64,000 nt of DNA from Lama guanicoe (lineage: Eukaryota). The translations under genes were made by a program, and so were the position numbers. Where the stretch lies: the NCBI GenBank assembly GCA_013239625.1, contig MU053561.1:374826-438825 (forward strand), in the 5' to 3' direction. Positions 26,847 through 40,380 of this stretch are shown here, one piece after another. Position 1 is the stretch's first letter; each line of letters opens with the position of its first letter. Under the pieces are notes generated by a model, which was given only the letters and a program-made list of their open reading frames with translations, did not search any database and was not told the origin of the DNA.

Positions 26847-26994
26847 ATACTGATCCGCAACCGAGTAACTGATCTCGATGCCAGGATGAATGATGGCACT
26901 ACACCCCTGATCCTGGCTGCCCGCCTGGCTGTGGAGGGAATGGTGGCAGAGCTGATCAACTGCCAAGCAGATGTGAACGCAGTGGATGACCATG
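26847..26994 (+). CDS. NOTCH2: NOTCH2 exon ~32, ankyrin repeats
   Basis: [53 protein letters not shown] boundaries. Confidence 0.97.
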
Positions 26995-27660
26995 GTAGGA
27001 ATGAGAAGCAGGGATTCAGATTCCTACTGCAAAGCAAGCCTCTAGGGAGGGAGAATGGTTACCAGATCCTTAAAGAACGGTCTCATATCTGAATCCACTG
27101 AAGATTCCTTCACTCATTCGTTCTTCTTTTTCCCATGTTGAGTTCAGAGAACTGAGCCAGTGGGAGGTCCATATAGATGAAGCTGGGAAGGGATTTTTAG
27201 TGAGAGTTGTTGGATCTCAAAGCAAGTCCATGTAAGGTCTGCTTGTGTGGGTTCCCAAGCATCCCATTCTTGACATGAATATATGAGAGCTGACTTCATC
27301 ATGGAGGGCGGGGCTGTGAGATATTCTAAGTAGACATTCCGGCTTGTAATAAATAGGTAGGTTATTGTCTTCAGTGTGGGACAGGGTAGATTCTGTTGTA
27401 TGAAGGATGTGGCACCATAGATGATCCTTTTACCTAGAAGTTTTCTGAAGGCTAGACAGCCTGTACTGAAGTATTTCTATAACAGGGGGAAATGAAGATA
27501 ATACTTGGGTTTTTCCTGTGGGCCCCCAAAGAGAACTGGCTTCCTGCTGCTGCCTGAGAAGTTCAAGGTTTCCTTGTGCAGGTCATGATGCTTCCTTATA
27601 GGAAGGAGTAAGACAGGTCCTTCCACTGTGTCTGCTTATAAAAATGTTTTTTTCCTTCAG

Positions 27661-27758
27661 GAAAATCTGCTCTTCACTGGGCAGCCGCTGTGAATAATGT
27701 GGAAGCCACCCTTTTGCTGTTGAAAAATGGGGCCAACCGAGACATGCAGGACAACAAG
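27661..27758 (+). CDS. NOTCH2: NOTCH2 exon ~33, ankyrin repeat
   Basis: [36 protein letters not shown] boundaries. Confidence 0.97.
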
Positions 27759-27989
27759 GTACAGTCTGGGCTCTGAGCTGGAGGGCAGGCAGAGCAGTGC
27801 CTCAGATGATAAGGCCTTCCCTTTCCTCCCTTAGCTCCTCTTGTGATAAAGATAGAAAAGATGGAAGCAGGTTGGACAGGAACTTGGTCCAGCGAGCTTG
27901 AGGGCTCATATTGGGCTTCTCCAGGGGAGAGTCAGGGTTGAGCCCCCTGCCTCCTCAGTCTGCACCAGGCTGTCCTGTCAACAAGTCTG

Positions 27990-28330
27990 GTGCAGCCTTC
28001 TCTCCTCTCTCTCCTTTGATATTTCCCTTTCTCCTGCCTTCGTTCTCTTCACACTCATTTCCTTTTCCCTGGTTCGTTTTCATTTGTTTTCCTGCTGCCT
28101 TTTTGTTTGTTTGTTTCCTGTTCTTAGACACCACGATGTTCTCCTGTTTGCTTTTCTCCCTCTGGCTTTTATGTCATGCTTCCCCTCTCTTACTCATCTC
28201 TTTCTCTCTCATTCATTTCCTCCTTCCCCTTATTTTAGTTCTTTCTCTCGCATGTCTTGCATCTTTTTTCTTTTCCTTGCCCTTGTTTTTCCCATTTCTG
28301 CACATCCTGTAGGTTCTTTCTCATCTCTAA
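27990..28330. repeat. Long pyrimidine-rich (CT) low-complexity tract in the last NOTCH2 intron
   Basis: About 340 bp strongly dominated by C/T on the + strand. Confidence 0.8.
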
Positions 28331-28678
28331 CTGGTGTTCCTCTGAGAACCCTATTTTGATAAGCTCAGTGCTGTTTCAAGTCAGTCTCTGGCTCGGGGAC
28401 ATGCTTTATGTCACACATTCCCCCACAAAAGAGATATAGCCCTCAGTGGGTCGAAATTGGTTCTTGGGGATGAGCAGAATAATCTTGCTCTCTTTATGTA
28501 CAGAGCACTGATATCCATTCAGCATGCAGGTAGATATACATTTAATCTGTAGTATTAACATTTCATGTGGGGAGACACTAGGAAAAACATGTCTAAAGGG
28601 GTGATAGTAACAAAGATTGAGAAACACTGCTTTATTTTCAAGAGTTATTAAAATGTGCTCTGTGGGCCTTTTCTGTAG

Positions 28679-30067
28679 GAAGAGACGCCTCTGTTTCTTG
28701 CTGCCCGGGAAGGGAGCTATGAAGCAGCCAAGATCCTATTGGACCATTTTGCCAATCGGGACATCACAGACCACATGGACCGTCTTCCCCGGGACGTGGC
28801 TCGGGACCGCATGCACCATGACATCGTGCGCCTCCTGGATGAGTACAATGTGACACCGAGCCCTCCAGGCACTGTGCTGACCTCTGCTCTCTCACCTGTC
28901 ATCTGTGGGCCCAACAGATCTTTTCTCAGTCTGAAGCACACCCCAGTGGGCAAGAAGTCTAGACGGCCCAATGCCAAGAGTGCCGTGCCTACTAGCCTCC
29001 CTAACCTTGCCAAGGAGGCCAAGGATACCAAGGGAAGTAGGAGGAAGAAGTCTCTGAGTGACAAGGGCCAGCTGTCTGAGAGCTCAGTGACTCTGTCCCC
29101 CGTTGATTCCCTAGAATCTCCTCACACATATGTTTCTGATACCACGTCCTCTCCAATGATTACATCCCCCGGAATCTTACAGGCCTCACCCAACCCTATG
29201 TTGGCCCCCGCTGCCCCCGCTGCCCCAGTCCATGCACAGCATGCACTGTCTTTCTCTAACCTTCCTGAGATGCAGCCATTGGCTCATGGGGCCAGCACTG
29301 TGCTTCCCTCAGTGAGCCAGCTGCTGTCCCACCACCACGTTGCTCCCCCAGGCGGCAGCAGTGCGGGGAGCTTGGGTAGGCTGCATTCAGTCCCTGTCCC
29401 AGCAGACTGGATGAACCGCGTGGAGATGAATGAGACCCAGTACAACGAGATGTTTAGTATGGTCCTGGCTCCAGCGGAGGGCGCCCACTCTGGCATAACT
29501 CCCCAGAGCAGGCCACCTGAAGGGAAGCATTTAACCACCCCTCGGGAGTCCTTGCCCCCCATTGTGACTTTCCAGCTAATCCCCAAAGGCAGCATGGCCC
29601 AACCAGCTGGGGCTGCCCAGGCTCCATCCAACTGCCCTCCAGCTGTTGCAGGCACCCTGCCCACCATGTATCAGATTCCAGAAATGGCTCGTTTGCCCGG
29701 TATGGCTTTTTCCACTGCCATGATGCCTCAGCAGGATGGCCAGGTTGCTCAGACCATTCTCCCAGCCTATCACCCCTTTCCAGCCTCTGTGGGCAAGTAT
29801 CCCACACCCCCGTCACAGCATAGCTATGCGTCCTCCAACGCTGCTGAGAGAACGCCCAGCCACAGTGGTCACCTCCAGGGTGAGCATCCCTACCTGACAC
29901 CATCCCCAGAGTCTCCTGACCAGTGGTCAAGTTCATCACCCCACTCTGCTTCTGACTGGTCAGATGTGACCACCAGCCCTACTCCTGGGGGTGCCGGAGG
30001 AGGTCAGCGGGGACCTGGGACACACATGTCGGAGCCACCACGCAGCAACATGCAGGTTTACGCGTGA
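28679..30067 (+). CDS. NOTCH2: NOTCH2 last coding exon (~34): final ankyrin, NLS, TAD, PEST, stop
   Basis: [18 protein letters not shown]...[27 protein letters not shown]...NMQVYA*; C-terminus typical of NOTCH2. Confidence 0.98.
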   Translation, partial: EETPLFLAAREGSYEAAKILLDHFANRDITDHMDRLPRDVARDRMHHDIVRLLDEYNVTPSPPGTVLTSALSPVICGPNRSFLSLKHTPVGKKSRRPNAKSAVPTSLPNLAKEAKDTKGSRRKKSLSDKGQLSESSVTLSPVDSLESPHTYVSDTTSSPMITSPGILQASPNPMLAPAAPAAPVHAQHALSFSNLPEMQPLAHGASTVLPSVSQLLSHHHVAPPGGSSAGSLGRLHSVPVPADWMNRVEMNETQYNEMFSMVLAPAEGAHSGITPQSRPPEGKHLTTPRESLPPIVTFQLIPKGSMAQPAGAAQAPSNCPPAVAGTLPTMYQIPEMARLPGMAFSTAMMPQQDGQVAQTILPAYHPFPASVGKYPTPPSQHSYASSNAAERTPSHSGHLQGEHPYLTPSPESPDQWSSSSPHSASDWSDVTTSPTPGGAGGGQRGPGTHMSEPPRSNMQVYA

Positions 30068-33000
30068 AAGAGTCTGCCTCCAGTGTAGGGACAGAACTCC
30101 TACTGTAAATGCTGCTGAGGAACAAATGAAGGTCACCCGGGAGAGAAATGAAGAAATCTCTGGAACCAGCTTCTGGAGGCAGGAAAGAGGAGATGTTCTT
30201 ATCTTGTAGAAAATGCAAAAGAAGCAACTTTATTAGCTTCACCGTGTGTCTGCAGAGTTCTGGAGGGGGAGAGACAAGACTCCTTGTAATCTCTTGCCCA
30301 TCAAGCCCAAGTTCATGGAACTTCAGGATGAATACACGACTTGAGACTATGTTTTCTCTCTTCAGTGTGAAGATCAAGACGGATGCCTCTTGTAGCTCAG
30401 ACATTCTTGCAGCCTGGACTATATTTTCAGCCATGGGGGCTTCTGCCATATCCACGAGAAGATTCTACAGTAGACTCCTACTGGGAATTGTGCCTTGAAA
30501 TTCTCATCTTCTCATCCTTGGAAAGTCTTTGACTTCACTTGGTGCTTTAGTTGTTGCATCTCTCTGTGGCTGAAGCCCCACCTGCATGTTAGAGGCCAAG
30601 GCCTTTGTGCTTTTAATCATTCCTCCTCTGGAAAGCCTCCTTTTCCTCTCCTGTTTTCCCAGTGTCCCTAGGAGAGCCACAGGTTTACTTTTAGGGTCCT
30701 CAGCAGAAACCTTTCAAGTACGTTTCTTTAGAAAATGGACACAGTGTATTCTCCTGCATAACCATTCCTAATAGAAAAAGGAGAGCAAAATATTTTTCTC
30801 AGAACGTGTTCTGGGGACCAGAGCCCCCTTCAAGAGGCTTGCAGCTTAATTCTCTTGCCCGCACTCAGGCTTCCTTCAGATCTTACCAGGAAGAAGAAGG
30901 TGTTGTTTTTCCATTTCTGGACCTAGTCAGTGTGAAGGTTTATCCTTGCCCGTGTAGGTAATATGACCCCTTTTAAAAACAACCCAAACAGACAAAGGTT
31001 TGGAATGTTGGAATGACCAAGAGATAAGCTAACCCACGGGAGAAGTGGTTCCCCGCTGAGAGGTCCCCGCCAAGCCTTCCGTTGACTGCCACTGTGAAAC
31101 ACACTTGTGCCCAGGGGTTAGAGCCCTCGCCTACTCCACTCACGCATCAGCTCATGGAGACTGTCTTAGCTGTTGAGCTTTCCCCTGCGCACATCTCCAC
31201 AGAAGGAAATATTTCGAACAATATGCCCTTGCCATTTAGAACTGAAATTTCCTCAGCCCAGGGGCCCCCGTGACAGTCGTAGTCCCTTCGCCGGGTGTTC
31301 CGTCTCTATTTCCTGACGTGCCTTCTGACCTCGGGCCCCTTCACCTACCTTCCCTCCACACCGTGTGGTCTGATTACTGATGCACCCAGTGGGTCCTCAC
31401 CGCACACCTGGGTTTTCTGTGTTCAGCTGTGGAAACTGGAATGTTGACCTGGTTTTCTAGGGCCTAAGCCAGCCTTATAAGACAATTGGAAAGGGAGGAA
31501 CTGTGAGGTAGCCTCCCCTAGTTTTTGCTCTCACTCCTTTTCCTTTCAAGCAGTCATGAGATTCCCTTTTAGGAAACTGAAATAGACCCTTACCAGGGAC
31601 ATTTTCCGTTCATAGAGTCAGTCTCCTGGATGATAATGGACAATTAGAGACTCACTGCCTTGCCATCCTCACGTTCAGATTGTGATTGCATCTCATCCGA
31701 GTCAGCTTCCTTTATTTGTGTCTGGGCAGACTCCTTGATCCTCTGTCGAGGACAGAAGCAGTCTAGCCAACACTGGAATTAGGAGGAAAATAGTTCTCTT
31801 CCTCTTCTCCCTCAGTCAGCTAACAGTTGGTCCTGTCTCCACACTGTCACTTCTGCCTGGTGCTATAATATCATGACACATGAAAAATTAAATTAGTTCT
31901 CCCAGGACATTTTGTCGGTAATACCAGGGGGACTGCCCACGCGGGGTGTGCTGCGATGGTAGTCTTCATTCCTGCCTTGGCTGGGAGTGTTCATCAGGCC
32001 TTCCCATTTACCTGATTCATCTGCCTGTGGCCTCATATGGAAACTTTGTGTGTCTGTTAGCATGGAGTCTACAAAGGGTTTCTTCAGTCCTGCCCAAGGT
32101 CATTGAACCAACAAAAATATAATTAGTTCTGCCCTGATATAAGCAGAGTGCTTGTTCATTCTGCATTTCATTCTTTCATGTTGCACCTCTACCAGCCCCT
32201 TTCATAGAGTATAGCATTTTATCATTCTAAATGGTGACTCTCTATCCTTGGATCCATTTGTTGATTCACAGATGGGGAGAATCTACCTACATGGACCACT
32301 GTGGACCCCACCATTCTCTGTCATACTGCTCCAGCCCCACTTCCTGAAAGTGTCAGCTTCTGATCCAGAAGTTCCATCTTTAATAGCCTCTGCCTTCCCC
32401 ATGCACACTGTAGGCCTAACGTTCTTGTTCCTCCTCCTTGGGATCATTTGGGTTCTGGGGAAATAAATGTGAAGGCTGCCATTACAGACAATAGGCTTCA
32501 GTGATGAGGAGAGACACTGCCTTTCAAGCATTTATCAATCTCTTAGTAAGAACCCTTGTGTTGTATCGTAACTAATAGAGAGAAAGTAAGATGGACAATC
32601 ACTTTCTCCAGTTTCTGAATTAGAGACTAAGTTTGTATGGAATATGTGTTTTATGCCAGGTATAGGTCACCTTCCGTGCCCTGCACATTTTTGTTTTATC
32701 TTTATAAATTCTTCCTTTGATTCCTCTTCTGACTACCTTTGGGGATATGTTGTTTGTTGATTTGTTTGTTTCCTCTGTTGTGTGTTAAGCATCCTTTTCT
32801 GACTTACATGGTGTTGAGGGAGGGAGAGGTCTGAGGGAAGGAGAGACTGTGAGTTAGAGATTTCATGTAAGCAATCAGCTATAATGCACTAGTCCCTTAT
32901 ATTATTATTAAATTTGCTAGCTCATCATTCTTGCATAGAAAAGAACCAAAGGTGTAATGTTTCGTTGGCAGGTGGTTTGGGGGTTTCAGTCTTAACCCGC

Positions 33001-33295
33001 ACACTGAATGTATGACGCCTGTTGGAGAGGATGAGTTTATATGCCCTGAGGCTCCCACCTGTGCTGTGGTACTGTGGCTTCTCCCTTGTGTCGTGCCCCT
33101 TAAAAGTGATGTGATCTCTGTTTGTATGAGAAAGCCAATAACCAGTAAAATGACTGCATATTCCTAACTATACATGGTAAGGAAAATGCACAGTTTGTTT
33201 TTACTTTTCAAAGGTTCATTCTAAAAGTAGTTAAGGTGAAATTTATATGAAAGCATTTTTATCACAAAATAAAACGGTTACATGTCAAGCTCCAT
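30068..33295 (+). other. NOTCH2: NOTCH2 3'UTR (end approximate)
   Basis: Repeat-poor region after the stop codon, ending near AATAAA at 33268-33273. Confidence 0.7.
33268..33273 (+). terminator. Probable NOTCH2 polyadenylation signal
   Basis: AATAAA followed within ~30-45 nt by a GU/U-rich element (gtggtggtttttcttttcc). Confidence 0.7.
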
Positions 33296-35306
33296 AGCGT
33301 GGTGGTTTTTCTTTTCCTTTCTTCCATCCCTGGTCTTGCAGTGATTCCCCTCATGATGTCAGAATTTGCTGAGAGAGAAATAATTTTCTTTTCATCCTGA
33401 ACACCGCATTCATTCTGAATCCCACATAGCCTAGCGCTAGTCCTGTTTTTTCTGTCTCCAGGCAGAGAATAAATAAATGCTTCTGAGGAAAAAGCTTCTG
33501 TCCAATAGGAAGCATCACAAAACTGAGTTACTTTTCTGTGCACTAAATGGTGACAAATGGACAATTGCTCAGGACAACGTGCCTTCCAGTGGAAATGGAG
33601 GTTGTTTGCTAAAGACAGCATTGAGACTTGAGATATAACTAATAAAACAGATGTTAACTAAACCATAAGTTTCCAATATTATTCCTCATTAAATTTTGTA
33701 TAAAATTGACGTATACAGCTATAAAATATTATTTTGGGCATATATTTATATATTCGTTTCTAAGTACTTGTAAGTCAATCAGTGATCTGTTTGAGCACAA
33801 ATACTTGACATTGATTCTAAATATGGCATTTTCAACACAGCTGGTAGCATATATTGGTCATCCTGAGAGTGTTATAATTTTATATAAAACACATTTGAGT
33901 CTGCATGTTGGTTTTTGAAATGGTGGAAAAAGAAAATGAATTTCAGAGCTGAGGAATGTCCATCCAAGTCTGGTTCTCTGCAGGCTGGCTCCTCAGAGCC
34001 TTTCAGACTTGGTGGCAATGAAAACTTGCTCCATGGAAACCTCCTTCAGTGGATCTGGCTGCCCATCACATCCTACCCTGCAACTGCAGGCATAGAGACC
34101 TAGCCCTTGACCAGGGACTATGTGGGGCTCTCCCACGCATGAAATGCAAGAAGGGAGAGCAGGGCTGCACACTGTCCATGATGTGATGGGCAATGGCGAC
34201 TGTGAGCCTGTTACTGCCTCGGCCTCCGAGGACACCCAATAAACCCTGACTCAGGCTTGCTGAGCGGTGTTGGGTCATTCACCTCATTTGGTGACAGTAC
34301 TTATAAAATGAAATATGAATCAGGGTCTTGCAAAATCCTGAAGAGAGAGGCAGTGCCATGTGAACTGTGTGTGTGTGTGTTTAGTTGTGGTGTGTGTGTG
34401 TAGGTGGGTAAATGTGGGTGAATCAGAGAGTGAATACAATTTTTCCTTCTTTCAAAACAGACCTTAACAAAACACATTTAAAATATTTGCACCAGTCAAG
34501 TCCTGACTACAAACTCAAATTAGGGCAATTCAAGAACAGCTTATTTACCAAAACTAACTGTGAAGGGTGTGGGAGGTGTAGGGAGACCCTAAGGGGTGGT
34601 GCAGAAAGTCCTGGCTAGCATTAGCAGAGCTATCACCACTCCTTGATCCGAAGGGATGAAGGCTGGGTGAGGTTACTGGAACCTGGAAGGAGGGAGTCCA
34701 GTAGAGCAAGTTAACTGAAGAAGAGCTGTGACTTCTGCCTGAGGCACAGTGAGCCTCATGCCCCCTCACAACAGGGAAGCCACCTCACTCTCCACCACAT
34801 CTCACTCTCCACCGCACTATCTCCCCCACCCCAGACTTTCTATTTGTCGAATCCAAGTGGAAGTCTCAAAATACAGGAGCCTGTTGGACTTGATCCATTG
34901 ATACAAGTCTGCTTCCTGGGGCGGAGATCTTGGTGGAGAAAGGAAGAGGGTGGACCTGAAAGGTGCCAATACATCATTATCCCAAACATTTTCCTCCAAG
35001 GGTAACATTTCTAAAAAACTTCTGACAGCCTACCATTCATGTGTGAGGGCAGGAAACACAAAGTAAATGAATTTTGCATTGATAATCCTGACAACTTTTC
35101 CTGACTGACTAGTGTGTTTCTTTACCACTTTGTCTTTGAGCAACCACACCGAAGACAACCATCAGCAGTAGGATGGATCAGTTATGGTGCCACCATTGTG
35201 TGAGTACTACACGGAAATGAGAAAGAACAACATGGAACAATATGAAGTGGTGTCATTGACACAATGTTGAGGAGAATAAGCCGGACAACACCAAATACAT
35301 TGTTTG

Positions 35307-37175
35307 ATTCCATGATACAAATTCAGGAAACACAAATCAATGGTAAATAGGGATCTGAATGGTGGGTAGTTTTGTGCGAGAGGGACCTTGACTGAGAGAG
35401 GGCAGGAAAAATCTTCCTGGAGACTGAAAATATATTCACCTGGGTGGTGATTACATGAATGCACTCATACTCAAAATTCCATGTAAAATTTACTTAAGAT
35501 CTTTCAATTTTACTGATGTAAGTTATACTTCAATAAAATGTATCTATAATACTGACAGATGTATAAACACCTAGTAGTATAAAAATAATGTATAGACATA
35601 AAATTTTATATTAGAAAATTATAAAACAATGTTTTATAATATTGCAGGTGCTCAAAAATGAGGTAATATAGGTAAGGCTCCTATATCCCCTCTCTCCATT
35701 CCCTTCCCTTCCTTCCTCCCTCCTTCCTTTTCCAGTTACTTGTTTCCATAAATTGAATTTGTGGAGATTATTTTATGCTTATAAACTTTGTTATTTGCAA
35801 TAGGTGATCCATGAAGCAAACACATTTTCAAATTCAGTGGTATAAAATGTGGGACTGCAGAAATGCAAAATTAATTAGTTAAGTGAGCAAGGCAAGCTAG
35901 CTGTTGCCTAGCTGGGTAGGAGCTCTGGAGTCCACCTGTAGGGTCCTGGCTGCTCTTTGGCACCACCTGGTGGCACTTGGCTGCCTCAGCATAAATATGT
36001 TCGGGTTGAGTCTGGGTTCTAACATCAGACTGGGATTTGCAAGCTCTTCACTGGAAATCATCACCAGCTTCAACATGCCTATTTCAGATGAGAGAGACCA
36101 GCAAACACTGGGATGTAAGGACCCAGCTCCTGCCTCTGTTATGGAACTGGCTCATGTTCTCCATCTCTCTTTCCTTTCTCTCCACCATGACCCCTTTCAT
36201 TCACTCCCAGAAAAGGTTTAAGAACAGTAATTTTCAGAGGATGCACACCAACCAGTAATTGTGTTGTATGAGAATCTAGTTACTGTGGTTATTGCAGGGT
36301 TTTACATTTAAAAACCGGAAATGAGGAAGAGAAGATGTGTTCATCTGAGGGTAACAAGCCTACACACGTGGACAACTCAAGAAAACTTGCTAAAAAGACT
36401 ACCCTAAATCATTAGAAATTTAGTAAACAAAAGAATGGAAAATTTATCAACAAAATCCAATTTGGGGATGTAATTGAGGAGAAAAGCACATTTACATAGC
36501 AAAGATACACCCCCCCCAAAAGATAACACATGGGTAATCCAAAGAAACAACCTTTAAAATAATTACTAAGTGCAAATGTTACCAAATATCCCCCACTCCT
36601 GACTTGTCATTGCTGCTTCTTTATCAAAAAGCTTTAGTTCTGCTCTACTCTTCCCACCTAGTAAAAATCATGAATATCTGACCATGCCTGTAACTTTGAT
36701 AAAATTCATTAAGATACTCAATTTTTTAACCTGCCTCAACATCATCAAACACAAGTACAAGTCCCATAATAAGCCCTCCCTAACACTCACTTACTGAGAC
36801 ACCACATCTCCCCTTAGTGTGCAACGTTCCCTGCAGCAAAAAGCATCAATAAATCCATCTTTGTTTGACTTGCCAGGGTGCTCCTGGTGGTTTGACTGAG
36901 GGACGTCAACAGAGCCTGTGCTGACACTCGGAGAGAGGAAGGATCCCCCGTAACACCTGTCATACACGCGGCCTGACTGTCACAATGACAGTTAATGAAC
37001 TTTTCAAGAATACCTGGAACGTTCATAAAGATGGTACATATATGAAGCCATCATAAATCTTAGTGTAGCTTCCAGAATCAGTATCATATAGAGAGTTATC
37101 TCTGTACAGAGGACTATCAAATTAGAAACAAAAGTCAAAATCTAACCAACATCCCTGCACATTTGAAAAAAAATT
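35307..37175 (+). repeat. Segmental duplication block A, copy 1 (paralog at 52223-54091)
   Basis: Direct by-eye alignment; ORFs 36037-36258 and 52971-53192 translate identically. Confidence 0.95.
36577..36911 (+). mobile_element. ERV LTR-like remnant, duplicated at ~53511-53845
   Basis: TG...CA ends; AATAAA at ~36848 followed by a U5-like ctttgtttgact...tcctggtggtttgactgaggga...aca. Confidence 0.5.
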
Positions 37176-38574
37176 TTAATGTATACATAAATCAGTTATT
37201 AATAAGAAAGAAGACATTTAGTAACCATGCAAAATTTTGTCAAATAGTACCACTGTTTTTGAAATACAAATTATTTGAACTGGGAAAGCAACTAAAGTTT
37301 TTAAGTAGAGAAACTCTCATCTAAATACTTACATCACAGCAGAAAGACTGAGTCAATAGCCCAAGCATTTTATTCAAGAAATTAGACCAAAAAACCACAA
37401 ACTACATCCAAAGAAATAAAACATAAGCATAATCAAGACAAGCAGAAATGAATGAACTAACTGAAAGAAGGTAATAAAGACAGTTAAATTAAATAAAATT
37501 ATAAAGAAGGCAAATGAACAAGTATTGGGGAAGTAAAAGTAGAATGTTTTGGCAGATACAATAGACAAAAGTCATGAACATAAAACAAATTTATTCTAAT
37601 ATGTTCGGAAACTTTGAAAGAACAGATAGCGTCTTTCATAAACCTTCCAGAGAATCAACAAGAGAGAAAACACTCTCCAACTCAACACATACATCTAATA
37701 TAACTTGGACAAAAAAACCCCCTAGGATAATACAAGTTAGGAAAATTATGGATCTACCTACTAGCAGAGAGACAAAAATTGTAAACCAATGACTACCTAA
37801 CTAAAACTAGCAATGAATTCATAATGATAAATGTAAACCCATCATGACTAATGATTTTTTTTTCTTCAGGAAAGAAAGAACGGTTAACACTAGTAAATCA
37901 ATTACTAGATGTCACCACCTTAAAAAGACCCATACAATCATTTCAATAGACTCAACAAAATATTTGGTAAAATTAAATCTTCATGATAAAAATTATGAAA
38001 TATAACAGCAAATTAGAAATAGAGAGAAAATTCCTAAAATTAAAAAAGGGTATCTACCACAATCTATAGCGAACATCATACTTAATGATAAACAAGTAAT
38101 TTGTATCCTTTACTTTTTAAAATTTCCATATATATTATTTATTTTTGTATCATTAAATCTTTGAGTGATCTAAACAAGACCCCCTGAATCTGAAAAGTAA
38201 AATTAGTCAAAATCTAATTTCCTACTGATAGGTCAGGTTCTACCTCCAGTGACAGGTTCTTGACACTGTCCACCTGTCTTTCACCTTAGCCAAGACTTCT
38301 TATTATTTACCTTGTCCCAGCTTATCATTCTGGAGTTATTCTTTCCTCCATAGGTGTTGTATAAAAGCCTTGAATCTGTTAATTTTATACTATCAATTCA
38401 TATGAACTTGCCTGTTACTTTGCCTTAAACCTTGACTTCGTGTTATGTATCTCACTCTTTCTTTCCACTTGTGCAGGTTTCTTGGTCATTTTTTACTGGA
38501 CTCTGGAGAAGAATGAGTGTGGCAATGCTCTTCTTTGTAAATAGTATTGTTTTAAAATAGGTGTTTATTGATTG

Positions 38575-38679
38575 ACTGATTTATAATTTTTTATATTGAA
38601 GTATAGTCGATTTACAATGTTACATTAATTTCTGGTGTGCAGCATAGTGATTCGGTTATATATATATACACACATATAC

Positions 38680-38710
<31 letters not shown>

Positions 38711-39010
38711 TATACATATATATATATTCCTTTTCATATTCTTTTTCATTACAGGCTATTACAAGGTATTGAATATCGTTCCCTGTGCTATACAGAGAAA
38801 CTTGTTTTTTATCTATGCTATGTATTGTACTTAGTATCTGCAAATCTCGAACTCCCACTTTATCCCTCCACCCCGCCCTTTTCCCTCTGGTAACAATAAG
38901 TTTGTCTTCTATGTCTGTGCATCTCTTTCTGTTTTGTAAATATGTTCATTTGTGTCATTTTTTTAGATTCCACATATAAGTGATATCCTATGGCATTTTT
39001 CTTTCTCTTC
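38575..39010 (-). mobile_element. LINE-1 3' end with expanded (TA/CA) microsatellite at ~38657-38728
   Basis: attgaagtatagtcgatttacaatgt...ttagattccacatataagtgata. Confidence 0.9.
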
Positions 39011-39529
39011 CAGATCTCATATGTTCTATTCAACTTGATCTAGAAGTCCTAGTTCTAGCAAGAAAAGAAAAAAAAGTCATTGCTTCTAGACCCACTGATT
39101 ATATACATAAAACGTCCAAGAGATCATATAAACTAATATATTCTGTTGCCATTCAAGAGGACGAGAGAACATTTTAAAGGAATCAGAACTTCTCCTGTTG
39201 ATGATTAACTGAATTCAAACAAATTATGAAGGAGATTACACGTATTCTGGCTATAGGGTTCAGGAGTCTATTTACCCAAGTCAGATGAGAAAAATGGAAT
39301 AATTGAGGGTATGGATTTGAAGACCTCTGTTGACCAAATGGAGAACACTCGTGGGGAAAAAAAGTCATTCAAATAGCTGTTCCATCAGGTGCTCCAGGAA
39401 GAATCATCCTTGAGGCGTGCCATCCACACACCTTGTCCCGGCCTCAAACAACTGGATGAGAGCAAATAGAGCTCTCACTAGAATTCTGTAATCTTGCCTG
39501 CCCTGACTGGCAAACCGAGAAAGTAGACT

Positions 39530-40380
39530 TTCTAGATTATCCATTTATTGCCAATTAGCTCCAGAATCATTCTTTCTGCCTGCTCTGTGCAAGTGGATCT
39601 GGGCCCTTTAAATATCTCAGCTTTGTTGGCTGGCACCATGCTAGGCTGTATCAGTAGAGGGTGCTGGAGAGAAATCTTAGGTGCAGGAGGTTTTCCCTCC
39701 TGGTTCCAGTGACTCCCCTGACAGGCTCCTCCTGCAGTGTAAGTAGTTTCCCAAGTGTTAGTCCTGCAATGCAGGCAGCCAGAGGCGCCCAGAGGCCAGC
39801 AGCAATCTCAGCCACTTACTTTTCCCAGGTGGTTGTACAGTAGAATGTATTAGAGTGCCTCAGTGCTGCCTCAGTTGTCTCAGACGATCCCCTGAGCAAC
39901 CTTCTCCAGTGCGCTAGAGTGCCTCGGAGAGACACCTTCTTGGAAACCTGTACCTCAGAGGTTGGATTTCTGGCAACATCCAACTGCGTGTACCTCAGTG
40001 ATTTCTCTGCCATTCAGGGAGCCAAGGCTGTTCCCTCCAACAAGATGTGGATCTCAGCCCTAAGACGAGGTTCACTCTTCCTCCCATGCATGTTCTATTT
40101 CACCCCAAAAGTGGTGGCCATGTTACATGTCATAACATATCCCATCACACTTCATCCTATTTTATCATATCACTTATCATGTCATATATCATATCATATC
40201 TGCTTTATTATGTATTAAAGCCACTGTTCCAATAGTCTTTAAGTTCTCTTAACATTTTAATAGCCCATCTCTAGTTATTCCATTCTCTTGTTACAGTTAA
40301 TAATTTTTTACATTACATTTTCCCTTTTCAATTACTGTAGGATTTCTTTCTACTGATGGAACCCAGACTGACAGATTCAG
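39530..40380. mobile_element. Old ERVL/MaLR-type LTR remnant (LTR41/LTR33-like)
   Basis: tcagtagagggtgctggagaga near the start and gaacccagactgaca at the end; family recalled from memory. Confidence 0.45.

Noticed and set aside
27898..28359. Phe/Leu/Ser-rich ORFs that look like membrane proteins
   Set aside because: By-product of the pyrimidine-rich low-complexity intron tract.
35904..36221. 105/117-aa ORF present in both copies of block A
   Set aside because: Non-ATG starts, no recognisable homology or splice context; it is shared because of the duplication.
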